From the NCBI GenBank assembly GCA_973895155.1, contig OZ316896.1, positions 8,639,539 through 8,703,538 of the forward strand: a DNA stretch of 64,000 bases, read 5' to 3'. Position 1 is the stretch's first letter, and the number at the start of each line of letters is the position of its first letter. The notes beneath the pieces were generated by a model. It saw nothing but the letters and a program-made list of their open reading frames with translations, did not search any database and was not told the DNA's origin. Source of the DNA: Marsupella aquatica (lineage: Eukaryota > Plantae > Marchantiophyta). Position numbers and translations under genes: made by a program. Positions 24,068-36,772 of the stretch are shown piece by piece.

Positions 24068-25599
24068 TCACTCGGGTGCAACTGACAAAAACCTCCCAGG
24101 GCCTCTATGAAAGGCCAATGCATAGTCCATGACTTGCGCTAGCAAGGCATTCCCAGCCTGGGACGTTGCTCGCCTGGTAGCCCTAGGCTGTCCTTCGTAC
24201 TCAGGGTGCTCTGTTGCATCCACTACTTCCTCATCGTTGTCCACTTCGTCATCCTCTGTCCACTCATCGTTTTTACTTATGACATAGTTATGCAATTTAA
24301 AACAGAGGCTTATCCATCTCACCATCCAAATAGAGTCTTCTTTGTTATTGAGCTGCACCCTGATCTCTTTCAGTGAATGCCAACGAGATTTCAGAACTCC
24401 AATGCAGTGTTCATTTGTCACACGACACTTGGCAACACAGGTATTGAAATCCTCTTTGTTTATGGAAGTGTCTATCCGTTTGAAGGAACACACTAAATGG
24501 GGACAGGCCTGGTACCCAGAGTCTCCCAGTAAATATTGCCCCTCTTGGAACACTATATTCCTGCCCACCTGGTTACAATATTCCCACAAGGAAGATCTCC
24601 TCAAGCAGGTGCGGTCACCACATGACCCTGGCATTCCTGAAACATATGACATGAGAAAACGGTCCCTTATAAGTATTCACATTGGATTCTAATTATAAAG
24701 TAAATTCATTGCAAGCATGAAACAAATTGTGTATGCAGAGGACCAGAGCTTGTACCTGAGAACATGAATATTATCTTGCACCTATGGTCACATACAACCT
24801 GGGTGTTGATGGAGTACCGACTCTTCCTATCATAATAACATTCTCCATGTGCCTTTGGACGTTGAGTGAGAGGCATGAGGGAACCATCAATTAGCCCCAC
24901 ACAGCCTGGGAAGCCCAGAGCTGCAATTGCCTCTGAATTGTCTTGTCTCTCACTGTTGTCTGGCCAGGCAATTTGGTCTGAAAGCACTGCCTCTAGAGCC
25001 ACAAAGCACCGCTTGCTAAAATTCACAAGAGAGCCACAACTAACTCCCCAAGTTGGAATCAAATGATTGATGCATGCACCATTGCCATCATGGCCCAGCC
25101 TGTCCAGACATACTGCTAACTGGCTAATGATGGGCGCCTGAGCATGGTTAGAGTGGTTCTCAAAAATTGGGTGGCATTCAATTTTGTCAACCAGGCCAAA
25201 AAATGTGCTCTTGTCCATTCTAGTAAGCTGCCTGAACAAGGTAGTGGGCAAGTTGTGGAAGAATTGAGAGGCAAAATCATCTGACTTAGTGGTCACATGC
25301 CTGGGGACCAAAAATCTGGTGTTGTATAACACAAAATAGAGCTCAAACATGGAAGTAGGGTTATTTATGTAAGTCCCATCTTCATTGTCTGAGTCAGGCG
25401 AATCGGAATCCATAGTGAGCTCAAACTCTGACCCTGACAAAAGGTCGACATTGCCCTGGTCCTTTTCTTCCAAGTACCCCACTGATATGTCAAGCGAGTC
25501 TGCCTCAGATGAGGAGTCTGAGGACTCCAAAGCAATAGACAGTTGGAGTGCATGCCTGAATGCCCTCAATTGATTCTGGCGCTGTGAAACACGAGGCAT
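24068..25599 (-). CDS. PIF/Harbinger DDE transposase (HARBI1/DDE_Tnp_4-like); exons 25599-24756 and 24636-24068
   Basis: FRQLTRMDKSTF, QLAVCLDRLGHDGNGA, FPGCVGLIDGS, DRKSRYSINTQVVCD, GMPGSCGD, YLLGDSGY, RVTNEHCIGVLKSRW, LHNY. The GT..AG intron 24755-24637 restores the FSGMPGS motif in frame. No stop or frameshift seen. Confidence 0.93.
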
Positions 25600-25799
25600 A
25601 GTGCAGATGTACTGTTCTGGAAAATGTACAATGGCAATGGGGAACAACAACATTCAGAGTGATGTAATAAACAAAAGTGAATACAAGTGACAAACAATAA
25701 ATGGAATAATCCAATATCCGGATAGAGGTTGCATTAAACGAGCGAGTTAAAAACTCAAAATTGTCTGTCAATACATATTATGGATCATATGCTACTGAT

Positions 25800-26440
25800 C
25801 TACTCCTGTAGGTCAGTGTCTTTGAGAGCTACTATCAAATCAGCAAGTATTTTTTTGGCACTCTTCTGCTTTGTGGGCGTGCATTCCCGGATTTGAGACT
25901 GTTTTGGTGTACCCTGGCGAGGCGAATATCCCACGCTTTTACCTACAAAGACACCGGGGCTGCTTGACGATCCTTCAAAGGCGAATGCAAGGCGGTCAAT
26001 GTGCAGCTCCATGTCCTTTACTGATAGGCACACACGCAATTTAGGTGATTTTTGCAAAACTGCGTGGACATGGACTATTTGCTCAGTTTCTCTAAAAGAC
26101 AGAATGTTGTTGGGTGAATATTGAGCAGCACAATAGCCTGGTCCCAAATCAGAGCTTTGAGTGGAGGGCAGCCACCATTCACAGCATCAAAGAGAATGAC
26201 CTGAAAACGGAACCTGGGCGCACCAGGTGCGGAATGTGAACATTTTCTACCAAACTCCAAGGATTTCTTACAAGTAAGGCCAGGCTCCAGAGGCTCAGTG
26301 CATGCTGAATAAGTGAACTTCCGTGGGAATGGATTTCTCACCACATAGTTTGCTGCCCAGACTACACACGATGGGAAGGACTCCATTTTCCCACTGACTC
26401 TAGCGTCCTCCACATCTGATAGGCGAGTTGAGTCGCCCAT
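25800..26440 (-). pseudogene. Harbinger cargo ORF C: RPA1 C-terminal (zinc-ribbon OB-fold)-like protein with one frameshift near 26090
   Basis: FTYSAC-x9-CKKSLE-x4-CSH...PRFRFQVILFD...LKALIWDQAIVLLNI...F follows the RPA1 DBD-C pattern (YxACxxCxKK..C..RYxLxVxIxD...F...AxxLLG). Inserting one base at TTA GA^GAA joins ORF 26075-26479 to ORF 25800-26147 (ETEQIVHVHAVL...LRVCLSVK). Confidence 0.6.
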
Positions 26441-26732
26441 GCCCTGGAACGCTGAAAAACCAAAATGGACAACCTTCAATCAGCAGCGACAACCAAAACA
26501 TAGAGATGGAGTACCTGCGTTAACAATGGAGTACCTGCGTGATCGATGTGACAGATTTGAAGCGCAAACCCTGTCGTCAAACATCCACGAGCGCGATGGA
26601 CCTGGTATGCGCACCTTGCTCTGGCAGCTAAACTCCGTGCTCGCGTCGAACAACCTGAGGTTTTTTGTAAATTGAATCGCGCGGTAGTGTGATGCCTGGG
26701 TGAACCCTAAACCCCTGAGTCAGGTTAAGCGC

Positions 26733-26822
26733 GGTCGGACGCCCATGGGGTTAGGAATTCCCGGTCATGACTGGTCGGGCGAGGCTTGCGATGCCCGACC
26801 AGTCATGACCGGACGTCCGACC
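26733..26822. repeat. Subterminal hairpin of the Harbinger element
   Basis: Perfect 20-bp inverted repeat CCGGTCATGACTGGTCGGGC (26761-26780) / GCCCGACCAGTCATGACCGG (26793-26812) with a 12-nt loop, plus an outer pair GGTCGGACG / CGTCCGACC. Confidence 0.9.
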
Positions 26823-29800
26823 CGTGACTGTCCCGGGCGCCGTGAAAATGCTAAAAAATGCGTATTTGAGACGCCCTAATAAGTACCTTGTCTGGCCCAT
26901 ATACTATACCCTGACGCTCTTTACTTCCGTCACTGTTTAAATTGTCGCGTAATGCCATGTAATTCCATAAGAGAATTAAACCTAATTTTCAGGACCATAG
27001 AAAATAACGAAAATATGCCATGTTGTTAGTTTGACACAAAACAGACACAAAGTACCCCGAATCCGAACACACTAAATACTATATCACACATAAAAGAACA
27101 ACAGGCTCCCGACCGGGTACTTCAGGCAAAACACCCAACCAAAAGGAGCCCACCAAAAAACCACTAAAGAAAAAAGCGATACTCCCTATGAGCAAATTGC
27201 ATAGGGGGTCTATCCAGGGAACTTGAATATTGTTGCTGCCCTAGAACCAACTTCAGCCCAATCCTAACACAGTGGAAATACATAGTGTAATTAAAATTCC
27301 ATTCCCCCAACTGCAAAAAGTTTATAATTTGTGGTAAGTAAAGTCCCAAAAATGTTAATTAGTGTATCCAATCCGAAAGTGGACAATGATGCTCTCTTGG
27401 ACCACAATATTTCTCAAAATTTTGAGTTTAATCGTAATAATTTGATTCTCTTAATTTCAAATGTTTTTTAGTTTTGAGGATGTGCTAGAGGAGTAGGTAA
27501 GTTACACTTCCATCAAAATGAAAATGATTTTTTTGCCATTTTGGTTGACTTGTTCATACATAAAATGTGGAGGAATCAATTCTACAAGATTAATTTTCAT
27601 TGTGACTCCTCCTTCTCTAGTTGCCTTGCAGGTGAAATACTACAAATTATCTTAATAGGATAATCACCAAATTATAAACCCCAAACTCCCACCTAAGTAT
27701 GGCTCAAGGGAGCACTTTGTCCATTATGGAGGTCCATCCGAGCTTCACTTTCCCAAAGGCATTTATGGGCTGTGATATAAATAAACTCTCATGGGTTAAC
27801 AGATAGATCCTCATGCGTTTCAACAGTTAAAATACACTTGTGAAGACATGCCAGGTGTCCACAAGACCGGTTTGTTACTCCTGCTAAGTACGCTGATACT
27901 AATTCGGGGTCAGTACACTCATAAAAGTATAAATTATGTACCCACTTTGTGGATCTGACGGCTGTGAAATGGATAGATTCTCAAGCGTTTCTACAGTTAA
28001 AAGTTATTGGGTGAAGACCTATTGAGTGAAGACATAAATTTCCACAAAGATCGGCTATTTACATCTTCTGGTTATTTACTTCTTCTTTTCTATATGGGAA
28101 GCCACCTTTGAGCAACCTGTGGTAAACTCGCACTGAAAATCCCTGTATTACAAATAGAATCCTCCCATTATTGCAAGTGCCTATGGTGCAGAACACATTT
28201 AACTCACCCAACCTTTAGCGTAACTATATGAAAGAGAATTTCCAGCACTCGTTCACTCACTTCTTGTTTACCTTGGACTCTAAGTAAACTCTGGGTTTTT
28301 CTATTCACTTGTGGAATCTCAATATCCTTGGCTAGTCTAAAAACCTCCTCAAAATCTAAGACATTTACCTCTTCAGGGTATGTATGATTTTCACCAGCTC
28401 CTACTTGTGGTGGCTTACCCTGGGAATGCAAAAGGACTAAAGATGCCTCTTGCCCCAACATACAAAAGATGTAATTTCTAAGGTCATTTTGAAGGTCAAA
28501 TGCTTCAAAGAAAAAAAATGGATTGTAAAATATCTAACAAGTCATGACAAGTGCCTTGTTTAGCAAGTTTTTATGAAGATTGCTTACCTGAAAAAGCTGT
28601 GAGATGCACCCTTTGAATCAAATCATCTTCCAAGGACTCCCATGAGCAAATGCATGGCATCTCAAAGGCTGGGTGTAAGCTTGCAAGGTATGGGTCACGA
28701 AAGCAACCATCATGGAATTTGAATTTGGTGTTCCATAGTTTATTGCTCTTACAGGTCTCCAAATAGCATGCCCATCCGGAACCTGTTTTGTATTTTGGCT
28801 CGTAGTGAGATGTAGGTGATGTAAATTCTACGTGGCTATTGGACAGTATTTGTTAAGATTCAGTAGAGATAAAATACAAGAGTGGAAGGACAACTCATGC
28901 GAAGGAAATATACCTCCATCATGACCAGGAAAGGTTTAAGTCTATAGTACACAGGTACTGGAAAGTTGTGTACATAAGATACAGATACCCACTTTCCTTA
29001 GGTAATGACTCAAATCTATCAAAGTCATAAACTTAGGATACTTCTTTCAGTCATTCATGAGAACATATAAAGTCTCAAGTGGTATATGTTCCTTCAAATT
29101 TGCTATAGGGATTGGATACACAATATTGAAATCTAACAGTAGTGGTAAAGTACACTACGATAGCAAATATTAAAAACATTAAGCCTGGCTCCAAAATAAA
29201 TTCAAAATCTAAATATTACAATTGATGCAATTTGCTAGGGTACATTGAAATAGAAACACACAACAGGAAGTTTGAATAAATCAAAATATTGAAAGGTGAA
29301 TTTTCCATATACAGCAGCATCAAAATTTAGTAAAATCTTGCTTTTACAGATCTCCAAAGGAGATTGCGGAAAGAAGCCTCATAGGCTGGGAAAAAGATTA
29401 GTATGACCGTGAAAATAGATACGAGTAGATGCTATGACCAAATCGGTTCATACGAGTATTGAGATACCCTTGAACGTTCTTTATAATATTTGAAAAAACA
29501 GGTACAACCAAGACACTTAAGAACGGCCAAGGGTCGAGACTTGTTTATACTTGGTCAAGTTATTGTGAATTGTTCCCAACACAAGACTCTTATGTCCCAT
29601 ACCGACATGGCCAAACACCGAGAACCTGCAATTTCAATTTTGGTGTAGAGCTTTCAATTTGGTATTACGGCACCTATACCATATTGATACTATGTACGTT
29701 GACTACTTCAACCTGAGTAAACTAATAACAATCTCCATTCTTCAATAAGTTGTTCGTGGATGACTCAAGAAAAAAGAGAAAAAGCCACTTTACGTACTTT

Positions 29801-31984
29801 AAGGTGCGCACAGTATTGATGTACCAAACCACTGTCTTGAGCACCGACGGCCCATAAGTTTGGGACTTTACCGTCGTAACTGGATGGATGGACCTCCTCC
29901 GTCGTGTACCTGCCCCTGGAGAACAGTACACCTCTGGTAGGTAGGCCCTCTCTGTCCCTCTCTGTCTCTGTCCCTCTCTCTCTAACCTCTGGCCTTCCCT
30001 TCCCAAAAGGTTCCCTGCCCTGCAACAAGGGTACAGACCCCCACCCCAGCTTTGGCCCGCTGGGAAAGGGACCTGCCCGCTCTCTATCCTCGCCACAGAC
30101 ATATGAACCAAGGACTCTCAAGAAAGGACCAGAAAGTTGCATGTCATTCATTAATAATCAAATTTCCTGTCAAGACCCAAATAACACAGAGAAAGACCCA
30201 CATAACGAGCATATCTACAGTATTATTGCATATAAATCATCCGTGTTCCATGTTGTCACTGAGATGTACCTGTGTTTCTAGCAGGATATTTAAAATCCAC
30301 TCAGAACTCTTGAACCCGCATCCAGAGTTAACCTAGTTTATTAGTTTGCAACCTTCCTATCTTACCCCCCCCCCCCCTCCTTGAAAATTAATTGTATGAC
30401 AACAGATACCCCAATTACATATATGGCAACGTGGACCGGGAATTAAGAGTATCTCCTTACATAACACAACTTTTCATACTCTTAATGCCCTTCTTGATTT
30501 TTTTGTCTTTGTATTTTTCATAGTTTTCTTGGAATGCCCAGTCAATATTTTGATCACCTCTTTAGGAAGATTTCCTCAAATGACACTATGATTAATAAAA
30601 ACAAAAGGCTCTCAGGCCTTGTATTAAGGTCTTGTTTGAGTAAAATTATAGTCCCTCGATACTCATGCTGAAGCTGTTGTTTTCATGGAATTAGAGCATC
30701 TCCAACACAACTGGGTTTTGCTTACTGTGTACATTAAATACCCTGCCCAACAGCATCCAATATTTAGTTCAATGTACATATCTTTAGGGGCCAACTGAAA
30801 AGCAGCTGCAACCCTGACCAGGTAATCTTCCTTAAACAACAGGTATCAAGATCTGACAGTCATAGATAGAGATCTTGAAACACAACTACTAACCCAATAA
30901 GGAGTCAACTAGTGTATAATTGCTTCCATGTACACATTCAATAACCAAAAAACCCAGTTTCTTAAACCCAGATAGCCTTATAATGAGTGGGTTGGACCTA
31001 AAATTTTATATTTTCTTACATTCGGTAAACATTTGCAAAAAACCCAGTTTTTTCTTTCCTTTCATTGTACTTTGTTTTTCCCTGATTTATAAATTTTGGT
31101 TCTCAAAAAGGGTTGGGTTGGAGATGCTCTTATATACCAGTTACTATATTATGTGAGTTCTGTACAATGCCAAGAAATGGTCCTTCCGGATTGCAAGGGT
31201 ACTTTCGAATTGTTTGTCAAGCCTTGTGATCGGATTTGGTTCTCTCCAGTCATGAGTCAGACAAATGAATTTGAAACACTACAAGAAAACATTTCTAGTT
31301 CCGGTCTTTCGTCGCCGCTTTGGTGGTGAGCGTGGACACCTGCTGACTGGTGTATTGCGGATCGATCCGGGACAGACTGCACTGTAGAGAGAGGTATGGC
31401 CGACAAGTGTGACCAGAATGGCTCTTTATAGCACCTCCGTCGCATCAATCATTGGCCTACAGGTGCTACAGAGAAATAATCGTACGTGTGAGATACACAG
31501 CCGTTGGAAAATAAGGAATCGACGGTCTTCCATGCTCCGCCAAAAAAAGCTGTGCCACAGTTTTGTCTTATACCAGTTGATATTATTGGCAAAAAGAAAC
31601 GATTAAAAACAGAAACGACTAATCATAAATCAGAATGGTCGCGCGAGAGAATCGAGACGCAATGACATCAACGGGTGGAAGGTACTCTGTAACGGTGTAA
31701 CAGGAAACTGTAACGTTGCAATGGTGTGTAGAGGGAAGGTAGGCCAGTACTCCAGTAGGGTGCTGGCGCAAGGACTGACGTCGTCCGAAGGCCTGGATCG
31801 GGCTACTTTGTCTCAGGCATGGATTGTGCGTGGGATTCGTCTAGTAGTTAGTGCCAACCTCGGACCTTCCTGAGGGGCGTGTTGCGGTGTTGGATAGATT
31901 GGGCTGGTCGTGTGCCAACCATGGAGATTATATATGCTGTTCTTTAAGAGTAGTCCGATTACCTCTTATGTTACTTGAACGTAA

Positions 31985-32490
31985 CGTAAATAGATATAAA
32001 GAAGTAAAATTGTTTTTAATGTTATTTTAGTTTATCTTTGTCTCATGTTTTTAGTCTACCTTTATTTCAGTTTTGTCTTTATTTGAAATCAATATCATCT
32101 ATATCTATCCTCATGTTAATATTTTTTTAATTGAGACTCATAATCACTTTTGTCTGTATTGAGTGTTATTGTCTAAAGGCTTCTGTCTAAACCCTAGGGC
32201 ATGAACAGTTGGCTGCAGTTGGCACTTTATTAGTAAGTAAATAGATATGAATAAAAATAATCTTAAATAAATACGAAGAAAAAGAATTTTTTATAATAAA
32301 ATTTCTATACTATTTCAGTTAATCTTGGTCTATCCTTGTTTTTTCCACCTTCATTTCAGTTTTTTCTTTATTTGGAATCAATATTATTTTTGTCCTTCCT
32401 CATTAAAAGTTTTTTTATTGAGACTCATAATCATTTTTGTTTCTATTAAGGGTTATGGTCTACTGTCTTCGCTGTAGACCCTATGTAGTT
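31985..32490. repeat. AT-rich diverged tandem duplication, ~287-bp period
   Basis: TTGAGACTCATAATCA at ~32131 and ~32418, with collinear flanks (ATTTCAGTTTT, AATCAATAT, ACCCTA). Confidence 0.75.
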
Positions 32491-34392
32491 AAGAGTAGAC
32501 TTCATTTGCGATTCTATAATAAGCTATCAAAATAGGAGAGTGACATACTTGAACTTGCTCCCAGAAAAACTTTCCCAGATCAGCCTGAGGAACATATATT
32601 TTTCACAAGCTCAACCCCGTCTGAACATAAAATTTGCATAGTTTTTCATCCTTAACTTACAACATGGCAGTGGACTTTTGTGCTAAGGCCTTCCATGTTG
32701 CATCTTATGAAATGAGGAGTGTCTGATTCAAAAGCCATCCTTAGTGCTATGGTCTTCCACTGTGAGGAGTGCACTACTAGTTTCATATTCTGAAGACAAT
32801 TAGTAACTTGTTGTCAGGTCACATTTACAATTTCTCTTCACCAAAATTATTTTGTCTCAAGCATGCCATTCGGGTGGGGAAAATGACTGATGCCGATGAT
32901 CTGGACGAGAATATGGAGATTCTCAGCCTCAGATGATAACATTGACCTTTCAATGTATGTTGTATTTCTTTAAAGAAAAAATGGAAAAACAAGAGAAGAA
33001 CAATTTGGTTTTGAGTTTATCTTTGGAATGAAAAGTAATACTTTGTATGTGGAGTTAGTTTAACCAGACTAGACTAACTTGAGATGATAAGTGATTTGTC
33101 TGGGAACATGAGAAGGTTTATAATTGGTCCAATCTAACCACAATGCAGTAGTTTTTGCGCACAGGTCACAGTTGTCAACACCCTCATTCCAATGAGTATT
33201 GGATTGGGAACCTGGTTGAGGGTGAAGGTATAGTTGGAGGGGGCTAGCACAGGAGAATCAGCAGCCTCCATGTTTACGCTAACCATTTGCATACCGTCTC
33301 CTGTTACATATAGTTGAGTTAAGCCAATCCATGTACAAAATGTATGGCTTGCAATGTTCATGATAATCAAATTAGTTTTGAGAGAAAGGGTCGTAAAAAC
33401 AGTCTTCAGCTATCAACTGCCACTGTGTTAGTCTGAAGACTACTAAATATAAGCTGAGATGACATTCCATTTCAAACCTGCTACTAGGAAATCATTTCTC
33501 AGGTTGGATGGGGATCTATATGGCCTTTATTTGAACCAGGAAGACATGGACTGAGTTTAAGAAAGTCTTTCCTTTTCCACATTGGCTTGCAATTAATTTT
33601 ACCTTCCGCAACAAGAAAAAATCCAGGAGATTGCAATTTGACAAGATGCTTGGATCCTTTACAGTCCACATGGATCCCCAAGGTAAGATTGGGGTTTACT
33701 CAAATAGCATATTCCCTAATTCTAAATGCTGGACCTTTTTGAGTGTCAAAATGTTTAGGGTCAAACAGTTAGGGAGTCCTAAGGTCAAACATTGTCGTCA
33801 ATGCCAGCATCAACTGCCTTGAAACCTGGTATTTTTCTCTGTATAGACCAAGCGAGCATGAAACATAAGGATTCATTTTAGATGAACGAACCAACCTTAA
33901 GGGTCCATCAGGCAAATAAACTGAATGAGTCCTACTGAGGACGAATAAAAACCTCAAAAGCGGCACCTGTTTTATCTGGGGTACGAGGATTTGATGCCCC
34001 AAAGGCAAAATTTGTTTTTATTTTGCATTAAAGAATCTCAGGACTTTATTGAGAATGATTGCTACTACAGACCGAAAGGCAAGCTTGGACATGATGTAGT
34101 TCCAATCTTTTAAAAAGACCTGATGGGGCACTAATGGACGATACCGTCACAGCTGTTGTTGTGATTGTATATGACGTCTCTACCTCAACCCAGGTCAGCC
34201 ACAAATTAATTATAGTTCAAGCCAAGTTGTAGGCAGTGGCACACGCAAATCACTACAGTAGAGAAATGCAAGACTCCTTGTTTCACTAGTGCATTCTTAC
34301 GGAAGGTAGCGTTGAAACTCAAATTTGGTTCAAAAAACATTGCTCATCTCCGTCATGCTACTGAAATGTCACATTGGCTCGGCAACAGAATA

Positions 34393-34902
34393 GAATGAAC
34401 TCTTGCTAAGCGCACACTCCATAAGCACTTACCCTTGATTAGTGCATGCCATCTTGTTTTTCCCATTTTTTTACACAGGATAAGCACTTTCTAAGTGTTT
34501 TTCTAAGCCCACACAGGGCTAAAATCATTTCGCTAAAGGAAAACTTTATAAGTGCTTACCCTTGATAAGTGATTTATGCACTTACATGTAAACAGATAAA
34601 CTCCTGAAATCTCATTTACCAATGAATGCATGCCCATTCTTAGTAGAGTGTAGAACGCGCTTAAGGAGTGTGGGCACAGAATTAGGGCAGGGATCACAGG
34701 TACGAGGCTGACTACTCACTGACGCAGAGGTCCACAGTGCTTGCAAACACTATTTGGCACTGTAACAAAGGAATCTAAATGAAGCACCCTTATCTATTAG
34801 AGCACTTGTTAGGGGACGTGCGCTTATCAAGGCACGCAACACCTGGTTTAGTGCACACCAGATCCATCTTCCCAAGAGTCTGCACTTAGTGAGAGTTCAC
34901 TG
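34393..34902. mobile_element. Tc1/mariner(pogo)-like MITE, ~510 bp
   Basis: TA|GAATGAACTCTTGCTAAGCGCACACTC ... GAGTCTGCACTTAGTGAGAGTTCACTG|TA (21/27 match between TIRs). TA TSD; several internal ATAAGCACTT/ATAAGTGCTT motifs. Confidence 0.7.
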
Positions 34903-36772
34903 TACAACACTTCCCTACCTCAAAGATCACCAGGGAAGCTAAAAAAGTGGATGTGTCAAGCTATTCAGGACTTATAGACTTGAAGGAGCTTAGCAAAACT
35001 TTGAGGCAGCAGTTTCAGGGTTTCTATCACCTCCATCCGGCTTGATATCTCTATGACTGGAATTAAAGTCACTTTGTGGATCGCATAGAGACAGACAGTA
35101 TGATCTCTAGTGAGCTTGTATTTGGGGAGAATTTCCTGGCCTATTTTCCTCTCTGCAGATTAGAACAACAGTGCTACGACACACAGTTTTTGGTCCCAAC
35201 TTTGCACAATGTCCATGAGCAACGGCTCATTTAGGGCCCGCCAAGTTCCTTTGAAGTTTAAGGTCCATCGATTCCAGAAAAATGTTTTGGAGGCAAGTCA
35301 CTGGTAGATTTTTCTCCTAACTCTTAGAGAAGACTTTCAAAATATTATAAGGTAGTGGTTTTGTGTGATTTTGCTTAAAAGGCTTTGGTAAAGATACTTG
35401 TAAATTTTATGGGGACCCACTCAAAATTGTAGACATGAAATCAATCCAATAAGCCCATCAACCAAGGTAAAGAAAGTGAAAATTAGTGACTCTCGGACTT
35501 TTTGAGTTCAACAACCTGGTGTTCAATAATAAATAAGTCGGTAACAATGTATATGACTGCTTGATGAGTTGGAATTGCACCAAAATCATCGTACGCATAT
35601 AGATAGGCTGATGGTGTTGAGCAGGTACAGTAGATCTGTACTAACTGGACCATGACTTGCCTATTAAAGGTATGTGTCTTTAGGTTAGAGTCCTTTTTGC
35701 TACATTACAAGGACGTTTAAGTTATTTAAATCAAGGCATTTTGCGGGGTGAATTTTGGGCGGGGTGAATTGGCCGTGACATTTTTTTAATGAATCCCGCT
35801 ATTTAAGATGGACTGAATATATAAAATTATATGGACTCATATTTAGGACATATTCTATCAAAATAAATATTTTGTCACTCTTTTTGGTTTAGGCTATCAT
35901 ATTTTTCCATTTTTTGTTAAATAAGTAACTCTACTTAGCTTGAAATGGTCCAACAATCATCATCTGGCCAGGTTTCATCATCAGATGGCAGTAGGCATCC
36001 TTCACCTGAGCCACAGCATCCTCTCCAACCCTCAAAAATGGGTTGGGTCTTGTGCTTTTCTCCCCACCAGAACTCCCTCAACCTCCCCTGGTTGGCTGCC
36101 CCACTCCCCATCCCCTGGTGAAGGTACGTCCAGAGAGATTGTTAAAGCTAAGTTGAGGATGGTGACCACTGTCCAAAGATGATCATTCCAAACTACCAGA
36201 GTTATGTTGCTAACCAATGGTGGAAGGCTGCAATGTAATGTAATCAGCAAATTTAAGAATATGGCAATGTGTATTTTTTTGTTTATATGGTGTTCTATTA
36301 TTAGTTTTACTGGTACAAAAATATGCATCCTGGTAATTGCACATCAAAACCAAGCCGGTGATATATGGAAGGAACAAGCCTCAATGAGATAAGAAAGCTA
36401 TGGAGCGGACCGTAATAAACAAAAAAAGGATAAAAGAAAAAAGCAAAAGAGTTTATCTTGGTATGAAAACTTCATTCCATCTGTCGAAGCGTAGAGTATG
36501 CTAGTGTGCTTATTGTGTATATACCGAAACTGCTTAATGCTTATTCCGAGTTGCCCGTGAAGAGTCACAGATAACCGGTCACTGGTCTTTCTATGATTGA
36601 ATCTGAGAAAATAATAAGGATTAGTCTGGTGAACGAAAGAGCCGTAAATCCTGTCAGGAGAAGAGGTTACCGGTAGAAGAGGTTTCCGGTGTGTAACCAT
36701 TTCTACAAGGGCCTGTTATAGTCATAATCTGGTGTCCTGAAAAGTTGAGCCGGTAACCTCTTTCCAGGCAGG

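Larger units (their letters stand above)
20099..26877. mobile_element. Complete PIF/Harbinger-superfamily DNA transposon (6779 bp) with five ORFs
   Basis: Perfect 16-bp TIRs AGGGCGTCTCAAATAC (20099-20114) and GTATTTGAGACGCCCT (26862-26877). 3-bp TSD AAT (20096-20098, 26878-26880). GC-rich subterminal regions. Contains a DDE_Tnp_4-type transposase and a convergent Myb/SANT-like gene. Confidence 0.95.

Noticed and set aside
28204-28762. Minus-strand ORF fragments with a vaguely F-box-like WESLEDDLIQRV
   Set aside because: Match too short, many stops, no coherent exon structure.
29354-30405. Possible degenerate LTR (PPT-like AAAGGAGATTG, PBS-like TGGTGTAGAGC, C-run before ...ACAACA) and overlapping ~128-aa ORFs
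   Set aside because: No second LTR, TSD or retroelement protein motif found; the ORFs span a CT-rich low-complexity tract.
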